From the human T2T-CHM13v2.0 reference genome, Homo sapiens, in assembly GCF_009914755.1 (NCBI RefSeq), contig NC_060928.1: DNA of 64,000 bases, one strand, 5' to 3'. The position numbers and the translations under genes were made by a program. The notes beneath the pieces are model-generated. The model saw nothing but the letters and a program-made list of their open reading frames with translations. It was not told the origin of the DNA and made no database searches. Position 1 is the first letter of the stretch; each line of letters opens with the position of its first letter. Shown here in pieces: positions 1 through 62,964 of this stretch.

Positions 1-899
1 TAAGTGTCTTACCCAAGATCACATCACCACTAAATGGTAGGATGGGTTATTATCCCAAGAATTCTCACTCCACAACTGAGCTCTTAATCACTACACTCTT
101 TGCCTCTGGGTAAGAAATTTTAGCAAGCACGATTATAGATGTAAAGTCCCACATGTAAAATTATATCCTCCTGCTTCCACTGGAAACTAAGTCCCACACT
201 TATTTTGAGAAATTTGGAATGCAATGGCTTGTGCTGCTGCAGAAAGCAGGCCACAGAGGGCGTTGAGGATTAACTGTTCTAAAGAAAATAGAGCAGTACT
301 CTTATAAAAACAGTTGTGGAGACTCCACAGTTTCCAGAGAAACGTTTTACTTCCATATGTACTTGTTGTAGTACTTAATAGCCCACCATGGTTTTAGTAT
401 CCTAAAATAGGATTGCTAATTAATGGGGGGAGTAATATTTATTTAAAAACCCAAGTTTGTCGTTATAAATCTCCCCCCAAAATACATCAAAGATTACTTC
501 TTATGAACTGCTAGGACAATCTTGAAGTTTTCTTTCACAACTACTTACCTAGTTAAGGGGTGTGTGTGCATGTGTGTATTTACATATCAGTATATGGAAG
601 TATTAACATATACATAATTAGATGTGTATATGGGAACATAAAGTATCCAGAAATTTGGCTTGAAAGAGAAGTAAAAAAAACTTTTCGTTACTTATGGTTT
701 TAGGTACATAATTTAAAATTTGTAAATCTTGAAACTATTTCAAAGAATATTTTGTTTTAGATCTTTGATTTCCATCAAATAACTATGGTATGGGTATTTA
801 CTACCAAAGTGTCTTCCATTAAGTGTTAGCACAAAAATATTCACAACTGAACTAACACTTAAAAATTAGTCTGTATTCATTCCCACCCCACAGCTTAAC

Positions 900-2010
900 A
901 TGTGCATCTGTCCTGGTGAGTGGATAAACAAATGTACCTCAATGCAGTGCAATACTCTTCAGCAATAAAAGCAAACTACTGATATACAATATGGATGAAT
1001 CTTGAAAGCACTGTACTAAGTGAAAGAAGCTGGACATCAATGACTGTATGAAAAGAAATCAAATCGCTGGTTACCAGGGGTTGAGGAGGGTGGGGGAAAA
1101 AAGACTGTAAAGGAATAAGAGGGAACTTTTTGCGGTGCTGAAAATATTCTATGTCTTGATTACGATGGTAGTTACATGGCTATATCTATTTGTCAAAATT
1201 CCTAGTTAGAACTGTGCCCCTGAAAAAGGCGACCTTTTTTTTTTTGAGAAAGGTCTTGCTTGGTTGCCCAGGCTGGAGTGCAGTGGCACAATCAAGGCCC
1301 ACTGCAGCCTCTACCTGCTGGGCTAAAATGATTCTCCTGCCTCAGCCTCGTGAATATCTGGGACCACAGGCATGCACCACCACACCCTGCTAATTTTTTT
1401 TTTTTTAATTTTTTGTAGAGATGGGATCTTCCTATGTTGCCCAAGCTGGTCCTGAACTCTTGGGCTCAAGTGATCCTCTGGCTTCTGCCTCCCGAATTGC
1501 TGGGTTACAGGCATGAGCCACCACACCTGGCCAAAATAGTGACTTTTACAGTAAATTATACCTCAGTAAATCTGTGAGAGCGATGATAAAAGAGAGAAAG
1601 AGAAAATGAGAGAGACTCAAAGGCACTGTATGAAAACCAAATGCAATGTGTAAACTTTGATTAGAGTCTAGTTCAAAACAAAGTAACTGTAAAGAGCATT
1701 AAGCAATAAGTGAAAATGAAAAAATTAATTTTCAGATGATATTAGAGAATTGTAAAGTTTTCTTAGGTATTATAATGTGATTATGTCTATGTAATTTGTC
1801 CTTACTCTTAGGATATGCATATCAAAGTATTTAGAGGTAAAATGTCTTGTGATATTTGTAAGTACTTTGAAATTGTTAATCATAAAGAGATTGAGATAGT
1901 TAAATACATACGGCAAAATATTAACAATTATTGAATCTAGTTCATTGGTGTGTTTATTAACAATACTCTTTCAGTTTCTCTGTATGTTTGAAATATTTCA
2001 TAGAAAAATG
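900..2010 (+). mobile_element. Old L1M (L1MC/ME-like) 3' fragments interrupted by an Alu
   Basis: L1 3' end-like text (gtggataaacaaatgt...atggatgaatcttgaaagca...gtcttgattacgatggtagttacatgg). Confidence 0.55.
1234..1533 (-). mobile_element. AluJ
   Basis: Poly-T followed by diverged antisense Alu dimer. Confidence 0.9.
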
Positions 2011-2835
2011 ATGGGGAAACTTGAACTTAATAAAATTGCTTAAGTTCTAAAAACTTTTGCAAAAACATTTATTATTTATTCTGCAAAAGTCAAAAGTGAA
2101 AATATTAGCAAATGACTATCATATAATTTTGTCAGAAAAATTACACATGAAAAATGAATTTCTTCTAAAAAGTATAGCATAGTCACAATTATAACAATAT
2201 TTGCTAAGATAAAATAGACTTAGTTTTATGATTTTGGTTTTTTTTTATAATGTAATTTTTTTTCTTTTACTCCTTACTGCCAAATGTTGGTCCCTCTGTT
2301 AAGGAGATTCATTTAAGTATCCTTTTCTGATAAAAAATTATCCTCCAATAGAAATGCTATCTATGCTATGTAGACCATAATGGAAAAGTTAATAAAATGT
2401 GCTTGCAATGTACAGGTAGGTGGCAGCAATGTTTACAAAATAGTTTTACCACGCTATGAGTTGTTAAGGTCTGCAATGCGTCATTAATTGTAAAGTGCTA
2501 TATAAATTAACTGATCTTTACATTTCCTAAATTACCTTTGTGTCAACCATTGCTTATTAGTTATAGTTATATTCTATTATGTACACATTGTTTCTCTTAA
2601 GATCACAACAAATAACACTATTCTGTAGATCTCCATTCTGCATCCTATAAGATAGGATAGTTTACTTCTAGTCAACTTATTTTCTACTCACACAAAGGAA
2701 ATTTTGTCATTGAAAACACATTAAGATTTTCAAAAGCTTAATAAAATGGTTCTGCATTATAATTTTACTCTTGAGAGGACTTAAATTACCCTGAGTGAAA
2801 ATTGGCAAGTAATGTAGGATACTGTTTTTAAATTT

Positions 2836-3900
<1,065 letters not shown>

Positions 3901-4098
3901 ATTAAGTATATGTGGCATAGGATATATAACATATTTGTAAATTCAAGTGTCTATGGAAACTCATAAACAATAAAATACCAAAATGGTAACTTGCAGACAG
4001 TACCTAAAAGTAAGAGTTGTTTTGTTTTGTTTTGTTTTGTTTTTTTCCGGAGGCTCCATCATTCACCTAAAAGTAAGAGACAACAGGAAGATAAACTA

Positions 4099-4435
<337 letters not shown>

Positions 4436-4545
4436 AATTTTAAAAGTGTTCATGTTGACAGAATGGAACTAGATTATGGGGCAACTTCAATGTCAGGATA
4501 ACTTTTCACTTATCCTATGGACAATGGGGAACTGTGGTATAATCA

Positions 4546-5007
<462 letters not shown>

Positions 5008-5161
5008 CTAAGCCATTAAGAGGCAGCTGATGTTTCTACAGTTATAAAACAAATAGAAAAATTGGGAAGCTGACATTAATGCTTATGTCTCCAAGATCAT
5101 ACTGACATCATGCAATCAGGAAGCCACCACAATTACAAAGCTGCCACGTTATGGAAATCAC

Positions 5162-5716
5162 TATAAGAATTAAAGAAAGAGGAAAGAAACACAAAAAGTG
5201 GCTTGACAGCCAAAGACAGGTTTATTTTAGAGAAAACCCAAGGGGGCTTCTGGCCAAGTTAGGTCAGAGGCACACTCTCTTACAGACTAAGAGTTTTTAA
5301 GGATTCAGGGTGGGAGAGTTTATCAGAGGCTTGTACTGCTTCTGTGTCTCTTTGCTGTGCTTATCTGGGAGGAAGACTTGTGTGTCTGTTCCCATACATC
5401 TTTCTGCGCTGCAGGCATACTCCCCCGAGTCTGCTTTTAGCTTCCCTATCTTAGTGCACCTGAAGGGAAAGGAACGTGCTTATTAAGGCCCACTGTTTTA
5501 CTGGGGCCCATTGTATGAGGGTGAAGTTTGGCAGTTACCCAAGAGACTTTCCCCCCACCTCCCTCTGTGCCCAAGCTGTCTTATCTGTTTTACTCTCTGC
5601 TCTTTCTGGCTGCTTGTAGTTAGAAGAGAAGTGATTTCCTTGAAATGCATGAGGCTAAAAAGGGAGCTGGAACTTAAAGTGGCAGTATTTGAGATGATGG
5701 TGCTCCTGCTCTGTCA
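5162..5716 (-). mobile_element. Solo ERV1 LTR, MER41-type (MER41C-like)
   Basis: Minus strand begins TGACAGAGCAGGAGCACC, has AATAAA near its 3' end, is 555 bp long, and has near-identical 5-bp flanks ATCAC/GTCAC. Confidence 0.75.
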
Positions 5717-5744
5717 GTCACTACCAATAAGAATTCTCCAATGA

Positions 5745-6309
5745 GTCTGGGTATGGTGGCTCATGTTTAATTCCAGCACTGTGGGAGGCTAGGATAGGCA
5801 AATTTCTTGAGGCCGGGAGTTGGAGACCAGCCTGGCCAATATGGTGAAACCCCATCTCTACTAAAAATACAAAAATTAGCAAGGCCATCATTGTTACAGA
5901 AGTGATATTAGTAGCTCTGTCAGAACAGTTTAATTTGCTAACCCTTATAACTGTCAGTACAAAGAGTTGCATCTGGGATGATAAGAGCTTTTCCTATTAC
6001 GTATTTTCAAACTATTTTTGTAGTGGAAAATGTCACTTTTGTTACTGAGGAGTAGTTTTTGGATGCCAGGTAGATACGGGAAACTGGTTTTCATACTAGG
6101 TAACTCACAGAATAATGGTAGCTTATTCTATACTTATACAGTAGTGGTGGCACACTACTGTAATCCCAGCTACTCAGGTGGCTGAGGCATGAGACTCGCT
6201 TGAACTCGGGAGGCGGAGGTTACAGTGAGCCAAGATGGTGCCACTGCACTCCAGCCTGGAGGACACAGCTAGACTCTGTCTCAAAAAAAAAAAAAAAAAA
6301 AAAAAAAAA
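5745..6309 (+). mobile_element. Alu split between its monomers by a 261-bp non-Alu insert
   Basis: Left arm 5745-5880, right arm 6144-6309; TSD-like aagaat(t/c)ctc flanks the whole composite. Confidence 0.85.
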
Positions 6310-7260
6310 GAATCCTCTCAGAGCAGAAAGCCTCCTTACTGCTTCCGGCTCCAGAGCCACACCTTACCTAAAATGATATGATGATATGCACAAGCAAACT
6401 GATGTCTGTGACTTGACTATCAACACCCATGAAGCTAGTGATCAGACATTGGGACTTCTGATAACTTTGCCACAGAAAAATTAGATGCCTACAGGCCATA
6501 CATGCCTTTTTATTGGTTAGAAAAGCCAAAGGTTGCCTGGTGCAGTGGCTCACATCTGTTAATTCCAGCTACTCAGAAGGCTGAGGCAGGACGATTGCTT
6601 AAGCCCAGGAGTTTGAGACCAGCCTGGGCAACATAGCCAGACCTCCTCTCAATGAAGTTTAAAAAACAAACAAACAAACAAACAAACAAAAACAAAGGCA
6701 GCATAAGAATGAACCCCGCCTCCCTTCTGCCTTGCCAATCATGTTGAATGCTTTTCAATCTTAGCTGCAAAGAAGTCTGAAAAATGTAGATTTTATCTTT
6801 TTAGCCTCTGCAATAAACAAAAGCACACTAGAAGGGTTTGGAATGATGGTAAGCACCAATCCACCTTATTCCCTAAGGAAGGCATGAAGGATGAGAAATA
6901 AAAGAGAAAACATAGACTTAACCTTTGTATACATTGAGTTTGAAATGGTTAAAACTGAATTCATTATCCCTCTACCACCCAAACTATCTCCCCACTCTGA
7001 ATTTCTAGTTTCTATTAAAGCTACCATTATTCTGTGAGTTACCTAGTGTGAAAACCAGTGTCCTGTATCTACCTGGCATCCAAAAACTATTTCTCAGTAA
7101 CAAAAGTGATATTTTCCACTTTAAAAATAGTTTGAAAATACATAACTAGGAAAAGTTTTTATCATCCCAGATGCAACTCTTTGTACTGAAAATTATAAGG
7201 GTTAGCAAATTAAACTGTTCTGACAGAGCTACTAATATCACTTCTGTAACAATGATTGCC
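5883..7260. repeat. Inverted repeat pair, 5883-6124 versus 7018-7260 (about 94% identity)
   Basis: Manual reverse-complement alignment gives 14 substitutions and 1 indel over 242 bp. Confidence 0.95.
6532..6695 (+). mobile_element. FLAM/Alu left monomer with (AAAC)n tail
   Basis: Monomer similarity. Confidence 0.8.
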
Positions 7261-7433
7261 CACCTTTTTTTTCTGTTTCAAAAGACTTAAGGGAAACATT
7301 TTCTGAGTAAAAATGGCTCACTGTATCAGTAATTCTCAGGCAAAGGAGTAGGAAGCTCCCTCCATATTGTATGTCTGATAATCTCTGGAGTTGTGGTATT
7401 ACAATGTGCATTTTCTCCACTGAAAATGCTGCA

Positions 7434-7750
7434 TGTCTGGGTGTGGTGGCTAATGCCTGTAAATCCCAGCGCTTTGGGAGGCCAAGGCGGACGGATCATT
7501 TAAGGTAAGGAGTTCAAGACCAGCCTGACCAACATGGTGAAATCTCATATCTACTAAAAATACAAAAAATTAGCCAGGTGTGGTGGTGAGCACCTGTAGT
7601 CCCAGCTACTCAGGAGGCTGAGGCGGGAGAATGGCATGAACCTGGGAGGCAGAGGTGGAAATGAGCTGAGATCATGCCACTGCACTCCAGTCTGGGCGAC
7701 ATAGCAAGACTCAGTCTCAGAAAAAGAAAAGAAAAGAAAAGAAAAAGAAA
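7434..7750 (+). mobile_element. AluS with (GAAAA)n tail
   Basis: Full dimer. Confidence 0.92.
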
Positions 7751-10530
7751 ATGTGGCTTAACTCTATCAATAGTAATAAAAAATTTACTCATAATAAAGA
7801 TTGTATTGGATTCATACCAGCCATTGATAAGCTATAAGTATTTCACACAATGGTTAAAATTAAAGTTGTATTCTTCAGGTATGAGTTGCAAAAATAAATG
7901 TATTCAATTAAAATATCTTAGAAATATACTACCGCAAATTATAATGCATATGGCAATAAATCATCAGTAAGTATTAAGCAAAACAAAGGTCAGAAATGTG
8001 GAAGTACTGGAGCAGGGTTGGTTGATTTGATTGATTCAGTACTAATAAATGGATAGAAAAGTATTTTAGAGATCCTCAATTATTGTAAAAAATGTGGATT
8101 TTTACTCAGATGACCTTATAACATAGAGGAGTCAATACAGCACTGAGATTTTGGTTTATATGAGTTAAATCTTATACTTCACCCAAAGTTGTTAAGTTAT
8201 ATTTGCCATAAAACCTGATTTGTAACAATCTTCTGTGACACAGATGCTACTGATGGCTGTAATGTTGGGCTCCAATAGTTTAATAGTAACATGATTGTTC
8301 TACAAGGCGACACAAGAATCATATGTCAACCAATGGTCACATATATCAGAAAAAAGGAAACTCCTGTCACAATGGAAGCTAATAATTCTCCAAACTAGAA
8401 TCATATTTTTTAGCTAGAAGCTATTCAGTAAATATATGATATTGCAATCTACTTATAACCAACCCCTACTTCAACACAATCTTTCCTTTGGAAAAACTGT
8501 TTCTTGTTGATACTCAATGTATACAAATAACTACAACAGGACAAATACTATAAGAAAGAAATCGTGCAAAGTGCTTTGGGAAAGCAGAAATGAGAGTAAT
8601 AACTTTTTTTTTTGTGGGGGTGAAGAAAGCTTCAGGAAATTAGGAGATGTTCAGAATTAAGGATAGATTCAGCCTGGGTCTTGAAGGACGAGTAGGACAT
8701 TACCATATAAACAAAGAGAAGGAGGGGCATCTAAGCAGAGTACAGTGACTGAAAAGGTATGAGGAGACAGGGAAGATCATAGGGTATTCAGGCAACTGAG
8801 ACTAAATGAAATTACCAGAGCAAAGGGTATTTTGAGGAGTTATTATTTAAAAGGGGCCCTGCTATAAAGGACCAACGTGCCATGCTTGAGCCCATTGTTG
8901 GTATTCAATAAGTATTTAGTGTTCAATAAAAAATATTTAAAAAGGAATCTCAAAAGCAATGAGAATCCTTTAAAGTCTTTTCAGTAGGGGAATATCTTGA
9001 TTAGGTTGAATATTAAATGAATCAAAGAAGAAAAAGAGTGGAAACTAGGAGACTACTTAAAAGCCTTTTGCAACTCTTCAAACAATAAGTCATGTAGTCC
9101 ATCGCCTCCTTGTATAGGTGAGGAAGCTATGATACCAGAGAAGTCAAGTGGTTTGTTCAAGGTCTCAAGAGCTGGTTAGTAGCAAAATTAGTTTATGCCC
9201 TATGTCCAAACATATTTTCTACTATATTTCCTTACCTACAAATTTATTCTTCACTGCCTAAGACTTGAGGTATCTGTAAGAGGATTTCCATTGTAATGGT
9301 GCAGTGGTGCAATGACACTAGTCATTGCAGACAGGACTAACTTGTTAATATTGTTTAAGCAAGATTTTTGCATTTTGTAGTCTTTTTCAGGGAGATATAA
9401 TTTGATTCTTGGTATATTAAGAATGAATTTGACGAACAAATCAGCAGACCAAAGTAACTTACTGTGTCTGATTAGCTGTTTTTAAATTGTTGCTTATATT
9501 TTAAAGGCAAAAAAAAAACTAAGTGCTTATTTAACAACAACAACAAAAAATCCCCTTTACATTTTTTTAGAGGTATTATTTTCTCTCACCTATGAAACTT
9601 TCTGACCATAAAGTCAGTGCGTAATCACTGATGATTCCCAGCATTCTTTCTTTATCCTTGCTTCTTTTCATTTTTCAATTCTTAATCCCTCCTTTCACTT
9701 CCCCCCTGTATTATAACAACTAACAGCTGCCAAGAAAGTGGATTAGGTCATATATTCAATCAGGAGGTTTTCCTGTTATTCAAGTCACTTTCTTAGTATA
9801 CCAAAACTAAAAAATAGTTATGGTTTTTGCCTCAAAAAATTCAGTTGGACTTATATTTTATTATTTGAAGGTTGGGTAGCAAGAAGCAGGTCTAAACTTA
9901 CAAAAGCAAAGCAGTCATTTTGGATCTTCAACTCCCTATTTCTGTCTTGAGCTGTTTTCATTTTGATAATACATCTGAACACTCTTCTCTAACTTACTGA
10001 TAATCAGTCCGTATTGTTCTACCTCACTTTGTAGACAATTTGTCATCCCATATCTACAGCTGCAGGATCAGTGGGACCCATACTGGTGGAGAAAACCATG
10101 CAGTCTCTCCATTAGGAAAGGAGAATCAGACTGAAGACTCCTGACTTGCTTTGATTTCTAATAATAGGCTGGTCTCACTGGGCCCAGGCTGTTCTAAATC
10201 TAGAGTAGTTCTGAAATACTGAGTGTGAAATAGGCAATGGTAGAAATTCTTAGGACCCCTGTAAGACAAATCAAAATTCCTTCTAGTATTCTTTTCTCCC
10301 ATCATTTCCTGCACTGTGCTACGCCAAATCCAATCTCTTAAGGACCATTTCCTACATGCAACCATTGAGTGCACTTTGGCCCCAGTATAGCTTTATAAAT
10401 CTCACTAGATAACTGTGGGAAGTCCATCCATGAATCATAGTATCAATGGTCTGCAGCTCAGAAAGCACAAAAGAACAAAATAAAAGTTTGAAAACTTACA
10501 GCTTTCTCTGCCAGATATTTTTTTGCCAAA

Positions 10531-11212
10531 TATCTTAGACTCCTTTGTGTTGCTGTAACAGAATGCCACAGACTGGTAATTTATAATGAACAGAAATGTA
10601 TTTCGCTCATGGTTCTGGAGTCTGGAAGTCAAAGAACACGGCCAGCATCTGATGAGGACCTTCATGCGGCATCATTCCATGGCAGAAGATAGAAGAGCAA
10701 GAGAGGATGATAGCATGTGAGAAAGTGCCAAACTTGATTTTATAAAAAACCCACTTCCAGGCCAGGTGCAATGGCTCACACCTGTAATCCCAGCACTTTG
10801 GGAGGCCACAGCAGGAGAATCGCTTGAGCCCAAGAGTTTGAGACCAACCTGGGCAACATAGGGAGATACTGTCTATACAAAAAATGAAAAAGTTAGCTAG
10901 GAGTGGTGGCGCGTGCCTTGTAGTCCCAGCTACTTAGGAGGCTGATGTGTGAGGATTGTTTGAGCCTGAGAGGTCAAGGCTGCAGTGAGCTGTGATTGCA
11001 CCAGTGTATTCCAGCCTGGGCAACAGAGCAAGACCCTGCCTCTGAAAAAAGAGAAAGAAACCCACTCCCACAGCATTAATTAATTCATTCATTCATGAGG
11101 GCAGAGGCCTCATGACTTAATCACCTTCTAAAAGTCCCATTTCTAAACACTATTGCATTGGGGATTAAGTTTCTAACACATAAGTTTTGGAGGACACATT
11201 CAAAACATAGCA
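10531..11212 (-). mobile_element. MaLR LTR (MSTC/MSTD-like) interrupted by AluJ (about 10759-11060, +)
   Basis: tatcttagactcc...ggacacattcaaaacatagca MaLR termini; Alu flanked by aaacccact TSD. Confidence 0.8.
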
Positions 11213-11559
11213 CTAAATATTCATTGGGAACTCATGTACTTGGAATATCTACTGGCAAAAAAAAAAAAAAAAGAAAGAAAGAAAAAAGAAAAAAATTCCA
11301 TATTCCGTGTTCCCATAATTGTGGTTTATATTTAGTGAAGCATCAAATGAGCATGAGATACAACTATTTTTTTTATTTACACAAAACTTGACCCTAAAAT
11401 ATTTAACCAACAGAAGTAGTACTAATAAAATTATTCTATGAAGTAATTTTTAATGAAGCTGAGTTTATTCAAGTCACGTCTTCTGCAAATAAAAATGGAC
11501 ACCAATAAACAAAAACAAAGATAGAAAGAATAACTGTGTTCTTGATATCTCCCCTAAAG

Positions 11560-59439
<47,880 letters not shown>

Positions 59440-59956
59440 AATACAATGTGAAAGCTCCTTTGTATATCTTGGTAATTTATATTTTCAAAACGAAGTTCTT
59501 ACTTTTAAAGAGAATTACCTATATTCTCCTGATACTGATTACCAAGTCATTCACCTGAACACCAGAATTAGAATTAAACATTGTACCATACAATTTCATT
59601 ATCTTATCAGAATGAAACCAATTCACAGGGAAACTAGAGACTACGGCTGTGGTGGTAACCTGCAGATATACACATTCCCATGCACTGACATAAGTTGAAA
59701 ACACATAGTACTTTCTAGATGGAATTTTTTTCTTTAGGCCTCAATGAAATACATTTCCCCTATATAATTCCAACAGCAGTTTCTCTAGTTCCAAATTTTA
59801 CCAATTCCCAAAAAACCTAAGTTTTGCTGAAATCTGATTTGACCAATTTATCAAATATGTCATTTTAATTACCTAGCTGGAAGTTAGAGACATGAAATGT
59901 ACTAGAGGAGCCCTTTTCCAATGGAAATATTATATACCACATTTTTTGTTAATGGA

Positions 59957-59962
59957 AATAAA
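59957..59962 (+). terminator. STAP1: Polyadenylation signal AATAAA of the STAP1 3' UTR
   Basis: AATAAA about 520 nt after the stop, followed by U/GU-rich sequence (tgtttttccctggtgtcatcttttt). Confidence 0.7.
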
Positions 59963-60275
59963 TGTCTCCATTCCCATGTTTTTCCCTGGTGTCATCTTTT
60001 TGCCACTCAAAATCAGCCCATTATTTCCTTACAAAGATGGTGAAAGGCTGTATCATCATCTTGTCGTAAGTACGATGAGCCTGATTATAAGTACCTGGAG
60101 TTCTTAAAAATATGGAACCATCAGCCCCAGACTGCATCTACTGAATCAAAATAACAGGGATATTTTTTCATAATTTTTTTCTTCAAAAGCAAACTTCTAA
60201 ATTGATTTTGATGGTTATCAATTTGGGAATCACACAATCAACTAAGAATGAAAAGATATGGTCTATATTCTACAG

Positions 60276-60468
60276 GGGAAAGACTATGTGAGACAGAGGG
60301 AGAAAACAGCCATTGACAACTCAAGGAGAGAGGCCTCGGGGGGAAAAAAAGATCAACCTGGCCAAAACCTTGAAAATCCGGCTTCTTGACTTGTGAGAAA
60401 ATAAATTTGTGTTCCTTAATCCACATGGTCTGTGGTATTTGTAATGACAATCCTACCGAACTAATTCA
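60276..60468 (+). mobile_element. MLT1-type LTR 3' fragment flanked by MER5-like pieces
   Basis: gactatgtgagacagagggagaaaacagcc...gtgagaaaataaatt...ggtctgtggtatttgt...aactaattca. Confidence 0.7.
60400..60405 (+). terminator. Distal AATAAA within an MLT1-type LTR fragment (candidate alternative poly(A) signal)
   Basis: AATAAA followed by CA and GU-rich tggtctgtggtatttgt. Confidence 0.55.
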
Positions 60469-61399
60469 GTGAGCTTCCTGGGATGCCTGAAAATATGAAG
60501 AGTTCTCTCAGACTTACTGAATTATAATTTTGGGGGTGGGGGGGCGGCGCTGAGGCTGGTCCAGAAATCTGCCTTTTAAGCATACAACACAGGTAATTGC
60601 TATACATAACAAATTTGAGAACCAGTTCTTTAAGATCTACTATAATATGAAGATAAATAATCTGTGTAGCAATATATGCAAAATCAAGTCAGGCTTTCTT
60701 TTAAATGGAGAGGCAGTGACAATTAATAAGGAATCATAAATATGACAAATGAAAACATTGAGAAATGCTTTTCTCTATGTCATTTTGATCTTTTAATTTC
60801 TGGAGTGTGAAAATACTTTATTAAATTTCAAATGAGATTGTATTTTAGTTTAAACCTGACAAAAAAGTGTATAATAAATATGACCCAATGTTTACTTTTT
60901 GTCTAAAAAAAAAATTGGGACATAAAGCCTGAGCATTAATGTTAAGTATTTATTGAAATGTATTGAGTATTTATATAAATCACTGTTAATGTAAAAATTA
61001 TAAAAGCAGCACATATGTATTATTCTCAAGGGTTTTACAATTGAGTTGGTCAAAATATAGGTAGATGAGACTAAAGAGCTCTAATTTCTTATCATTTCAA
61101 AGTGTTGAGTGAATTCTTGCATTCTATAAGAAATTAGAGTGCTTAATATAAAAAACTTTTAAAAAGTAGATTCCTAAAGTCGGTGACACATTGTAGTTGA
61201 ATGCAATAAATGGAAAAGTAACCGACAAGAGAAACAGAAATCAAAGCCCAGGGCCTTGCCAATGTGGAGAGTCTCACAGGAGACCGACAATACATTTAGC
61301 TGGAAGAAACAACAGAAACAGGGCCACAGACATTTCAGAAACTGAAAGCAGCAAAGATCGTAAAACAGCCCTCATAGTTTCAAGAACAGACATATTAGA

Positions 61400-62450
<1,051 letters not shown>

Positions 62451-62452
62451 TG

Positions 62453-62776
62453 GTGTTTTAGTCCATTCAGGCCACAGTAACAAGACATGATAAACTGGCT
62501 TATAGGTGACAAAAATTTATTTTTAGGGGTTGGGAAGTCCCAGATTAAGGCACTGGTACATGCAGTGTCTCGTGAGGGTCCACATGCCGGCTCAAGGATG
62601 GCACCTTCTTGCTGTGTCCTAATATGGTAGGGGTGAGAGATCTCCAGCCTCTTTTATAAGGGCTCTGCCCCCATGACCTAATCACCCCTCAAAGGCCCCA
62701 TCTCCAAATTACATCACCTTGAAGATCAGAATTTCAACACATAAATTTTGGGAAGACATAAACGTTCAGCCCATAG
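62453..62776 (-). mobile_element. MaLR LTR (MLT1A/MSTD-like)
   Basis: tgttttagtccattcagg...gacataaacgttcagcccatag termini. Confidence 0.75.
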
Positions 62777-62964
62777 GAGTAAGTCTTAGATACAAAAAAT
62801 AATGAAAAGCAAAGAAAGTTTTATATATATGTGTATGTATAAACACAAACACTGACTATATAAAGTCTTAGAATTAAAGAACATTAAAGTACATGACAAC
62901 AGAATTAAAACACACAATACAGATAAAATATATGACAATAGTACATAACTTGGAAATTGAAGAG

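Noticed and set aside
9308-9329. 9-bp hairpin TGCAATGAC-acta-GTCATTGCA
   Set aside because: Short enough to be expected by chance in 64 kb; no supporting context.
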